From Negaprion brevirostris (lineage: Eukaryota): a stretch of 64,000 nt of DNA. Below the pieces are notes generated by a model, which saw only the letters and a list, made by a program, of their open reading frames with translations, had not been told where the DNA came from and did not search any database. This document shows, piece after piece, positions 1 through 10,273 of the stretch. Each line of letters begins with the position of its first letter. Position 1 is the stretch's first letter. Position numbers and translations under genes: made by a program. Location of the stretch: NCBI GenBank assembly GCA_030324005.1, contig JARDVH010000073.1:50510982-50574981 (forward strand), in the 5' to 3' direction.

Positions 1-1753
1 TATGAAAGATTAAAAAGAAAAGTTTGAATACATGAAGTGTGTTAGGAGTAGAGTTTCTACCAGTGTCTAAGTTGCTGCAACATTGGCCTGATGCTCACAA
101 GGTAAAATTAAGCATATGAGTTAAACTATTTCAAACAGATTAAAGTCATAGATGGAGATTCCACACCTTGTGTTACTAACACAGAGAGTGACTTTACCTT
201 AGAAAGGCTCATGCACTTCTGTGGCTTCTGGAGGATGTTGTTACTTACCAAGGTTGCAAAGATGTTTCTTTTAAATCAGATGCAAACAAGACCAAAGAAT
301 GCAAGTTATGGCCACACCTTCCTGTTCCATCCTTCTCCTTTCTTCTTATGGTTTTAACCCTGGAATGGGAGCAGTCAAGGTCCTCCCACTTTCCCATGGA
401 TGGAGAAAAGACTGCAGTGCAGAGCCTTAATTAACAGATACCATTGTTGTTACAGATTATGTCTGAATTTAATGAGCAGAAAATATGGCCTGATTGTATA
501 AATTTTCTGCTAATATGTAATTGTGTTAATTTTCAATGTTTTGTGCTGCCAATTATGTTGAGCATCAGTTTGTGTAATAAAATTAATTGGTTTCTCCTGC
601 CTTGGGATAAACCGCAACACAAGTTTTATTTAGTTTAGAATATGCTAAAACTTGGCAGTCAAATGGAAGCCATCCAAGTACAGAAATTATATGAGAAGGA
701 TTTTAATTACAGCTAAGCATCTGCTCGAATGAGAAAATTGCAGGATATTAAGGAGTGCAATATCCCCCCCCCAGCATTTGTGGAAAGAGATTTAAAGTCA
801 ATTTGTCAGACTGAAATTAAATAGGAATCAGGACTATCCAATTACAACACAAATAAAGTCACACCCAGAAGTGAGCCAATGGACTGCTGAAAGACATCAC
901 TACAGTTCCCAACTGAGGGGACACTGTAATTTCACTTCCATGGCCAAGCAATCTTCAAAACCCAGATGAATGCAATTAATACTCAATTTTAGTAGAATTG
1001 GGGCAGTTACTTCGCATAACTGTCACTGTTAAATCTCTTCAGGCTATTTGTATTTGCATTGACAGCACAAGTGTGTAGCTTATTTATATGTCTCTTTTTT
1101 TTGCAGGGGGGGCAGGTGGTAAGGGGTACGTGGGTAGTTGGTGAAGATTCAATCAATTTTTTAAAAAAACTTATTCCTTCTTTGAGCTGAACTGAGGCAA
1201 ACTCATAAAATCAATCTTGAAATGGAAAATCGCTACCTCTGGGGAGGGGGGAGCGGGAAGGAGGGGGGAGATTGGGGGCGGAGAGAGAGGGAGAGAAATC
1301 TCCTGCGCTAACCCAGCCCTTGAAAATTCTATCTGCCTCACAGTTATTGTGGGCCCAACAGGCATGAATTTAGCATTAGGAATGGATGCCTTCAGGCGAC
1401 AGCTCGTGTAATTCTTTTATTGTTGAGGAGAGCGAGGGGGAGATAGCTATTTGAGGAAATGGATACAGAATATTGTTCTTAAGAGAGAAATCAAGGAGTA
1501 TTNNNNNNNNNNNNNNNNNNNNNNNNNNNNNNNNNNNNNNNNNNNNNNNNNNNNNNNNNNNNNNNNNNNNNNNNNNNNNNNNNNNNNNNNNNNNNNNNNN
1601 NNAGAAATCAAGGAGTATTTTCAGTTTTTCTTCGCCCTTCACTTTTTAAAAAATCTTTGCATTTTCTCCCAACAATCTTCTCTCTTCAAGTCATTGACTG
1701 TAACTGGGTTATGATTCCATTTGCTTATGGTCACCTGTCAACAACTGCCCAAC

Positions 1754-1992
1754 TTTGATTTTTGATTTGATTTATTATTGTCACATGTATTGGGAATACA
1801 GTGAGAAGTATTATTTTTGCATGCTATACAGACAAAGCAAATCGCATATAGAGGAGGAGAGAGTGCAGAATTTAGTGTTACTGGCATAGCTCGGATATTG
1901 AGAAAGATCAGCTTAATACAAGATAGGTCCATTCAAAGGTCTGATGGCAGCAGGGAAGAAGCTGTTCTTCAGTCGTTTGATACATGTCCTCA
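1754..1992 (-). mobile_element. Rex1/Babar-like LINE, 3' end fragment with (AATCA)n tail
   Basis: Reverse complement reads ...AACAGCTTCTTCCCTGCTGCCATCAGACCTTTGAATGGACC...TCACTGTATTCCCAATACATGTGACAATAATAAATCAAATCAAA. This matches the 3' end of the RT-bearing copy at 40236-41696. Confidence 0.8.
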
Positions 1993-2286
1993 ACTGGCCA
2001 TTCAGTTAGCGTGAACATCTTCTGTGATAATCAGTGTCGACATGGTGGGCATCACAGGCAAGTCCAATCATGTCTGTGGTAACCAGGTGCAGGCAGCACA
2101 ATGTATAGTTAATCTGTGTCCACTGGTAGTGGCAGGCAGTATGCCTACAGCTGCTAATTGAAATGATACTAATATGCACCCCAATGTGAAGCTCACTGCC
2201 CAGTGGCTGCATGCCACAGAAGAAGCCTAAGTTCATAACCAGGTTAACGACACAAACCTCGAGATAGCCTGTGCTATATAGTGCCA

Positions 2287-2420
2287 AGATGTGGAGATGC
2301 TGGCGTTGGACTGGGGTAAACACAGTAAGTCGTCTCACAACACCAGGTTAAAGTCTAACAAGTTTATTTGATAGTAAACGCACAAGCTTTTGGAACGCTG
2401 TTCCTTCGTCAGATGAGTGG
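2287..2420 (-). mobile_element. Penelope-like element terminal (pLTR) fragment
   Basis: GATGTGGAGATGCTGGCGTTGGACTGGG...CAACACCAGGTTAAAGTC repeat, with a second partial copy in the opposite orientation at ~25707-25740. It contains a hammerhead-like core, as is typical of PLE pLTRs. Confidence 0.55.
2381..2415 (-). ncRNA. Degenerate minimal type I hammerhead ribozyme motif
   Basis: Minus strand reads CAU-CUGACGA-A-GGAAC-AGC-GUUCC-AAAA-GCUU-GUG. The CUGANGA box is intact, helix II is 5 bp, the GAAA box is mutated to AAAA, helix III is a palindromic AGCU and helix I is CAU/GUG. Confidence 0.6.
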
Positions 2421-2457
2421 AAAGTTCTGATAAGGTCCCAACTAATCTATCATCTTA

Positions 2458-3158
2458 CACTGTGCATTTTAGTGTGCTTGCCTTTTCCTTTTCTGTATGC
2501 CACCTCATCTGTCCTCAACTGAGTTCTCTACAGCAGAATGTGTGTGTGTGACCTCGCCCATATGGAGAACTGGCATCCGCTACGCAATTCATTTTCCCTG
2601 TCTTGGTTCATTTCTATATACACACGTTCAGTATGTATTGGTCATTTTACTGCACTGCATCCAGGTTCTTGGACCTAGACTGCTGCATTAAGTATGATAT
2701 TGTTTGCTCTCACTATCCACTCATCTCATAGTTTGCTCTGATTTAAAACTGAAGGTACATGTACCTTTTATTCATCGTACTCATCCCTCAACTCAAGTCT
2801 TGTGCCTTTAACCATTCAATCTTACAATCTGATCAAGAATCAGCGTGCGAGCTTGACAGAGATCACAAAGAAATGCCATCACACAACCTGATGCTCTCAG
2901 CCATCAGCTCAGTTATTTGCACTGTGTGAACTTTGGAGGACAGCACAGAGGTAAAATCTACAGGTAGTGAGATCTATAGGTGGTGAGATACCAGGCATGA
3001 AGGAGCTGCAACCAAGACATGGAAAATGAATAGTGTAGCGGGTGCCAGTTCTCCAAGTGGGTGAGGTCACACACACATTCTGCTGTAGAGAACTCAGTTG
3101 AGGACAGATGAGGTGGTATACAGAAAAGGAAAAGGCAAGCACACTAAAATGCACAGTG
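2458..3158. repeat. Long inverted repeat, arms 2458-2608 and 3010-3158 (~150 bp each), spacer ~400 bp
   Basis: CACTGTGCATTTTAGTGTGCTTGCCTTTTCCTTTTCTGTAT...TCTTGGTT is the near-exact reverse complement of AACCAAGA...ATACAGAAAAGGAAAAGGCAAGCACACTAAAATGCACAGTG. Confidence 0.95.
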
Positions 3159-4400
3159 AATGACAAGCCCAACCAACAGCCTGACGTCACTGCCAAGGAG
3201 CGCAGAAGCGTCCAAATCCAACCTAACACAGGGTTCTGTGCCATCCTTTCCATGTGGAAGTGGTCACCGATTCCATAACAGTACTGAGGAACCTGACCAT
3301 GATACCAACGTCTTGGCTTCCATTGCAGCACAGGCAGACACAACCGGATTTCTGAGTGATGCAGTGGAAGCTGAGGCTGAGGTTACAGAATCACAATTTG
3401 TGGCACAGGCTGAGACAGGGACGGTTACCAATGCCCATGTGAGAGATGTCACCACTTCCAGGATCGTCCACAATCTATTTTCTGATCCATCAGTTTACGA
3501 GCATTGCAAGATGCTGCCCTGGGAAGTGATATTGCCTCTACAGACTGTGAACACTGCCATCTTCTCTCTGGATGGCAGCATTCATGTTTGCACCACTACC
3601 AACCAGCCCAGACTACTGCTGCCCACTCCAAGAACGTGCAATCCAAAGCCAGGCCTTCTAGGTCTAGGTCAAGGTCAAGTTCATTCTGCAAGGTCATGGA
3701 CAGTCTTTCGAGGCTACTGGGTAATACCCTACAGGAGAACCTATCAAGGGAATCTGCAAGGCAGGCCAAAAGAATACACAAGTTGGCTTTTGTGTGGAAT
3801 ATTACATATGGTTTGCCAGATAAAATTAGTATTGATGGCTTAAATTTTAGCATTGTGGCCTGTGATAGTCAGTTACTGAGGTATGTGACCAATGAATCGT
3901 AGAATTGTTATGCCGCGGACGGCCATTTGGCCCATCATGTCCACACTAGTGCTCCAAACAAGCAGCATGACTTTGTTTCAATTCAACTAGTCATCTAATG
4001 GGACGTGCTCGCAGGAACTAGAGTTGAATGAGGCAATCACAAAGCAGCATGTTGGCAGTTATTGGCAACCAGAACTACAGGGAAGTCTGCAATGGAGGCA
4101 AGACTACCTACGTACTCCACCTGCTTTGTGCTCAGTGTTAGCATAATGAACTCTCCTCTCAGTATGAAGAAAACCTGTCCCCTGTCTGATAAAGCAGTGG
4201 ACCATAAACTGTCACCACTTACAGCCTTCAAAGATCACAATGTAAAGTCATTCAGGTGGTGGCTATCTTCACAGCCATGGACAATGTCACCCATACCCTG
4301 TTCTGAGGTTGAAGATCTGGCTTCAAGAGGTGGCAGAATTTTTTGAATACCTTCATTGGAAAGCACAGACACAGTTTCTGGCTTAGGTGAAAGTAAGGGA
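2860..4400. mobile_element. Decayed PIF/Harbinger DNA transposon (accessory-gene 3' part on +, transposase relic on -)
   Basis: Transposase relic at 4037-4371 (-). The + strand segment 2950-3620 is similar to 25170-25520 and to the reverse complement of 44170-44230, both of which lie downstream of Myb/SANT relics. Confidence 0.6.
4037..4371 (-). pseudogene. HARBI1-like (Harbinger) transposase relic, N-terminal half, disrupted by frameshifts and stops
   Basis: Translates as CLCFPMKVFKKFCHLLKPDLQPQNRVWVTLSMAVK and, after frameshifts, ...EYVGSLASIADFPVVLVANNCQHAAL. The latter resembles the Harbinger 'GF..IAGFP.V.GAIDCTHVAL' motif carrying the first catalytic Asp, here degenerated. Confidence 0.7.
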
Positions 4401-5529
4401 AATCACGTGGAAGATCATTGGTGGATAAGGCCTCTTACTGGGAGCCCTACTCACCCTCTCCCCACCATCTATGGCTGGGTCTGACCAGAAATTTGCAGGC
4501 ACAGATAAGGCCTTTTCCAAGTGTAGCACGACCACAGACTGTAGAGTTCACCAGCTTCTAACAACTTTTCAAACCATCAGGCAATTCCACAAGTTCAAAC
4601 AGATCCAATTGGGGTTATTCAGCAATAATTCAAAAGTGGATGACAATCCCTTTAAATAACATTGGTGAGGAGATCCTTCTTGTTGTTAGACACATGTTCA
4701 GTTGTGTGTTTGAAATGGCATTAGTCAGAGTGACGAGGCTGAAAATGGCAGTACTGGCGACCCACGTTACACACTGACACCACTAAACTGCCCCCTTCCT
4801 GTGTACACTGCTAGTGCCTACTCTAACGCTCTCACCAAGATGGCAACAAAATAATACATGTAGCGCTTGAGCAATACACTATGGAGTCCAATTCTGCAAC
4901 CTCAATATCCACGCACATAAATGTCCTGAATGTCGATCAACAGCAGAAGCATTGAGCATGTCCTCTTCCAACCAGGACACTGAGGGCGATTGCAGAAGTC
5001 TGATCCCAGGCTCCAACTTCTCCGCACGACTGAGATTATTATTAGCTGGGGGAGGGTGCCTAGCATTCCTCTGAACAAACAAAAAGATAAATGGCTCAGG
5101 GAAGCTGTGTGGGGACCTCTGGTGATCATCCCAGAATTTATTCTTCTTAGTGATAGATTCATGTCAAAAAACACAACTGTCAAATATTGCATGCATACTT
5201 CTGATTCCTACTTCAAGTAAATTGCTTTTAGATATCACTGATAAATATAGATTTAAATTTTAAATTAAAATAGCTGATATTAAAGGGGCAGTGCCTTTAA
5301 GAAGAAACCTTGCCATTGGAAAAGATGTATTATGAGTGAGGAAAATCATGCAGTGCCGGAACCACAGTATCCAACTGAAGTAATCTTGCAAAAACAGATA
5401 GAGCATAGAAAGACTCCAGCACAAACAGGCTCTTTGGCCCACAAGTTGTGCCGATCATATCCCTATCTACTAGGCCTACCCATAACCCTCAGTCCTATTA
5501 AGTCCCATGTACTCTTAAAAGACCCTAGA

Positions 5530-5620
5530 TAATGCTAGAAAATCTCAGCAGTTTGACAGCATCTGTGGAAAGTGACTAGAGCCAACATTTTGAGTCAGGA
5601 TGACCCTTCGTCAGAGCTTT
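5530..5620 (-). mobile_element. Penelope-like element terminal fragment (second family)
   Basis: AATGCTAGAAAATCTCAGCAGTTTGACAGCATCTGTGG...GACCCTTCGTCAGAGC; carries a hammerhead-like core on the minus strand. Confidence 0.5.
5580..5618 (-). ncRNA. Degenerate minimal type I hammerhead ribozyme motif
   Basis: Minus strand reads AGCU-CUGACGA-A-GGGUCA-UCC-UGACUC-AAAA-UGUU-GGCU. It has the core box, a 6-bp helix II and helix I AGCU/GGCU. The canonical GAAACGUU has decayed to AAAAUGUU through two CpG-type transitions. Confidence 0.6.
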
Positions 5621-6042
5621 GCATTTCTGTTAACAATTTACTTAATTACTACAACAACTTGTATTTATATCCAGCTCCTCATTCAAGTACCATGTCCTTA
5701 GAAGGCATTAGTGACAATAGGCTCCCGTTGGATAGGTCCATGATTCTGCTTGGCAAAGTATTGCAGTGGATTCCTTTGCCTCTGCAGTATGGCTGACAAG
5801 GAAACATGCCCGCTTTTACCATCTGCCTTCAGATTTATGGGAAGGAATTATTCCAGACTGATAACCAACCTGTTTGGCCACATTATGAATTCACCTTCCA
5901 TGGCTATCAAGTCCTGAAGTTGGACTTGAACCCAGAATCTGGTGTAGGAGGGACACTACCCACTCCACCACAAGACCACTTTAATTTATAAAAAATCCCA
6001 AGGTGCATCACAGCAGCTTTATAAAACAAGATTTGACACCGA

Positions 6043-6135
6043 GGCTGGAATTTTACTGTCCTGCCCCCCACGGGAATCAGAGCGGACCATGGAAAGGTCT
6101 GTTGACCGTGGGTGGCTTTTACAGTTTCGAGACGA
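6043..6135 (+). mobile_element. Short TIR element (MITE family A), partial
   Basis: GGCTGGAATTTT...CCACGGGAATCA...GACCATGGAAAG...TTGACC...TTTTACAGTTT is shared with 22746-22873 and with 19719-19800 (reverse). Confidence 0.55.
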
Positions 6136-7933
6136 ACTTAGCCATAAATCCTACCCCAAGTCACAAAAGGAGATATTAGGACAGATTACCAAAAATTTGA
6201 CCAAAGAGCTAGGTTTTAAGGAATGCCTTGAAAGAGGAGAAAGAAGGAAAATGACAGTAGGCATCAGGAAGTAAATTCCAGACCCTAGGCCCCAGACGAC
6301 TACTAACGGTTTTGCAGTGCAGCAAAATGTCCAATGACACTCCATGAATGGAAAAGGTGAGCGAATGTATGCATATAGAAATGAACCAATGGCCCAGACA
6401 GAAATCTGTCAATATGGAAGCAACCCACACTAAGAATGCCAGTCAGCCTTCAAAAGCTACCACTGCATTTGGCCTCCTGCTGCAGACACCCGAAAGGAGG
6501 TGGCTTGGTTTCTGCACTCCCCCAGTAAATAGGACCTTGCAAAGCCAGTACTGAACCCAGTGGCAGATGTGAATATGAATGGTGGGGTGGTGGTTGGTCA
6601 TATGAAACAGGAACATAAAAACTGACAGCATACATAAAAAGCACCTGAACACTCTTCCTGTCATCGAGGACTCCATTCTGTGAAGGGATAAGCTTCTGAC
6701 TGACATCAATCCTGCTTGGTGCTCACACCAGCTCTACATAAAAGGCTGTAAATCGAGCAGCAATCATTGTCTCAAGATTAAAGGGAAATTGGTTTCAGAT
6801 TTGAATTCAACCCTTTGAGTGTGTACAAAGGTTGCATGTGCTAAACCCACAGGCAGCAATTATTGCTGATGGCTGTGTCCTTTCTCTCCACACCCTTCAT
6901 TTGAATCGCATCAGGGCAGAGGAAAAGGATGCACTCTTTCACCTCTGCTATTTACTCCAGCTATCAGAGCCAATGGTGCAGGCTATTAAACAATCAGCTT
7001 CAAATCAATTTACAGCTATTTCCAAGGGGGAGTAGGCAACGTTGTATCAGATTAAACTTCTAGCTGTCAATCTGCGCCATCTTTTCTGACTGCCTCTCCA
7101 CTATCTCCAGGGTATCAGTCATATTGATAGCTCTGAAAATTATGATCAAAATCTTTTCACACACCGGGGCAAAGGGCCATTTGAAGGTTTGAGGCAAATC
7201 CCCTCCGAAACACATCATGACTTTGTTTTAAATCAGAGCCAAAGGGGAACAAAATCAACAGAATGAAGATGTTTAAACTTTAGGAAAACAGCAACAAGGG
7301 TCCCCTCACTGCGCTGCGCACTTTAGTGTGCGAAAGGGCCAGCGAAAGAGATCAATGTAGCCTATATTCTCAAGTTTGATTTCTGTACCAGGCTACTTTG
7401 GAATAAAAGATCCGAAGTTTGCTCTTAAGCTGTAGAATATTGTGCCTGATGGGGAGATACATCATAGAGTATGAATCATACATTGCTTAGGAGGCCAATG
7501 CTTCTGCTTGTGATTTGTGTGGTTCTCCAGCCAATCAAAGCAGCACTCAAAAGAAATAAATCATTTTGGTTGTGGATCAGCTATGTTAATTTCCATGCCC
7601 AAATTCCCAATTCTCGCAGTCAAAACTATTGGAGATAAAAGAATAAATGGACAATCTAAGATGCAGTTAGGTGAGAGGAGGCTGTTGTAGAGCAAAAATA
7701 CTCCAACACAGGCAGGTTGGGCTGAATGGCTTGTTTCTGTGCTATCATTTTGGTGTAATTCTATGCAACCTTATTATCTTATTTGAAGCATACTGACATC
7801 AGCTCACTCGTCATTGCAACACCTCTGGATGTCAAGTACTAAGCGATAGTTGAGTCCTTTCTGAATCATGACAAATAAGTTGGTTTTCTTGTGAATACCC
7901 AGCCAGCCCTCAGATCTCAACTCAGGGATGGGC

Positions 7934-8140
7934 AAACAGCTTCCTATTTCCTCCATCAGCCTTTTGAATGGACCTACCACAGATGAAGCTGATCTTTCCC
8001 CACACCCTATCTGTAACTGCGACACTATATTGTGAACCCCCTCTTTCTCCCCATGTACTCTGTGAACAATATGTTTTGTCTGCATAGAGCGCAAGAAACA
8101 ATACTTCCCAATACATGTGACAATAATAAATCAAATCAAA
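7934..8140 (+). mobile_element. Rex1/Babar-like LINE 3' fragment
   Basis: AACAGCTTC...CCATCAGCCTTTTGAATGGACCTA...AATACATGTGACAATAATAAATCAAATCAAA. Confidence 0.75.
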
Positions 8141-10210
8141 GCTGCAAGAGAAGCTAGCTATATGTGCTCAACTGCACCCAAGAATATAGTGTCGTAGTTA
8201 TAGCTAAGGTGCCGAGAAAGATCAGCAGGTGCAAGAATCTGCAGGAGAAGAAAGAGATTGACAGAATGGGTAGGAAAAAATAAAAAGTGGGTCGGGGCTG
8301 CTGCTTGAAGGGTTATTTGGAGCATGAATCAACTTCTGAACAGGGGTGAATAAAAAATTTCAAAGTATTTACAGTATAACTTCATTTGACGAAAAGTGAA
8401 GATTTGTAGGGAAATATATTTTAAAAATAACTTGCCATTTTTTAGTTTTAAGATGCACCACACAGAATTAAATGGGCCTTATTTTACTGCAGGAAATATT
8501 TTTTCTTTTAAAAAACATACAGATTCTTTTTGCAATGCTACATTCATTTCTCACATCACACTCAACATTCACTCCTTTCACCTCTGATATACTCTGGCTG
8601 CAGCATGTACCATCAAAAGGATGCACTATAGAAATTTGCCAAGGTTTCTTTGGCAGCAGTTCCCAAACCCATGGCCTCTACCAGAAGGGGATGGCTAGCA
8701 AGTGCCATGCCCAAGTCAAGCAATCGTTCCTTTAGCAGCACTGTNNNNNNNNNNNNNNNNNNNNNATCCTATTGAAGGAGGTTGGGCCTCTTCCTCCAAC
8801 TTCATAACTCAAGGCCAAATAATTGGTCAATAATGTTAATGAAGTAATGTCAGAGATAGCTGGGAGCAGTTGAGTATTGCTGGTCCTGCCCATTCACTTC
8901 ATATCGTTGTGAACCAGTAGTTCACCTCAGGAAACAGGAGATTTCTGTTTGTCCAGTGTCACATCTACCACAACGTGACGTAGCATTTGCCACCTTTACT
9001 TGCTAACCTTCCGAGAGGATGATTGAAAGATGAGCCAGCATTCAGCCTGTTCTCAATCGCCACAAGCAGAAATGTACAGTCCAAAAGCTGTCCCATCACC
9101 CTCCTCTTTCCCTTCATTAGAAAGCATCTTCCCATGTGAACAGTGTACATTCTCCCAACCAATCAAATCAAATCAGGAGCTTGAGGCTAAAGTAGAGTTG
9201 TGAAGGGATGAGTTTGACACCCTATTCCAGTTCAATATTAAAAATGGTCTCATCCTCATGAAGGAATCCTATTGTGGCCCTAACCATCTACAGGGAACTC
9301 CTCGGTTTGGGAGTTCAAGTGACAGAGATGGAGCCTTTGAAGGTAAACAAACTACCATCGTAAACAAACTGTACAAATCTGATGACTAGTGAAATGAGAA
9401 AGCTGGGTGTATAGGTTTCAGATAGCTTCAATAGGCATAGATTTTGTTACCCACATGGTCATCATGAGAACATATCAAATATAAATATTACTTGAAACTT
9501 TTCTTTGACCTCTGAGTGTTTTTGCCCCAGTCAGAAGCTAAACATCATAAATCAAACCCAGGAGAAAATAAAAACTAAATGAAAGCTTAATAATTATGCA
9601 TCTCTTCACAATACCCCAGCTGTCCTTATGCTTTTCAGTGCTATTTCTAAACATGTGAATAATGGACCAGCCATTGTGCCTATCCCCATTTGTCACACTG
9701 TGAATTATATTCTTGCAGCTTTGGAAGGACACAGCAAGAAGTCCCAATTTCATTTTGCCAGAGCTCACGAAGGTGAGAAATAGCTGCGGCAGGGAGCACG
9801 TCATCTTCNNNNNNNNNNNNNNNNNNNNNNNNNNNNNNNNNNNNNNNNNNNNNNNNNNNNNNNNNNNNNNNNNNNNAAACCATGCTGAATCTGATGGATT
9901 AAGTTTTGACTTTCCAGATGTTCCATTACTACTTACATAAGAGTGGATTCCAATCTCGAAAAAAATCAGCCCCCCTACTGCACCAGTGTGACATTTCCAT
10001 TCTCCATGCTTTCTCTTCCGTAACCAAATCAGCGGCACGTTTGCAGACCCTCTACAATGCCTTGAGTGTATTGAAATATTTGTATTACTTACTCAGTAAG
10101 GGCATCATACCAGGGCCTGAAACAGTAAGCTTTTAAAAATAGAGGAACACGAAGTCACATCTTTCAATCAATTTGCATGTGCGGGAGTAAAGTCGGTCAT
10201 TGGCATTAAG

Positions 10211-10273
10211 CACAGTAACTTCATTGCAGTGTTAATGTAAGCCTATATATGACACTAATAAATAAACTTTAAA
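10211..10273 (+). mobile_element. Isolated 3' tail of V-SINE subfamily B
   Basis: CACAGTAACTTCATTGCAGTGTTAATGTAAGCCTA...TGACACTAATAAATAAACTTTAAA matches the tails of the full copies (38543, 44272, 47690). Confidence 0.7.

Noticed and set aside
249-410. Minus-strand open frame (MGKWEDLDCSHSRVKTIRRKEKDG...) ending at a TG|GTAAGT donor
   Set aside because: About 50 codons with no recognisable homology or linked exons, which is within chance expectation.
1484-1620. Direct repeat AGAAATCAAGGAGTATT flanking a 100-N gap (similar cases at 22342-22568, 35211-35325 and 40332-40459)
   Set aside because: Identical sequence on both sides of fixed-length N runs indicates overlapping contig ends, a scaffolding artefact rather than a biological duplication.
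9937-10116. Two apparent minus-strand exons (10116-10093 and 10051-9937), each with a GTAAGT donor
   Set aside because: The intervening intron would be only ~41 nt, too short for a typical vertebrate intron, and the peptides are unrecognisable.
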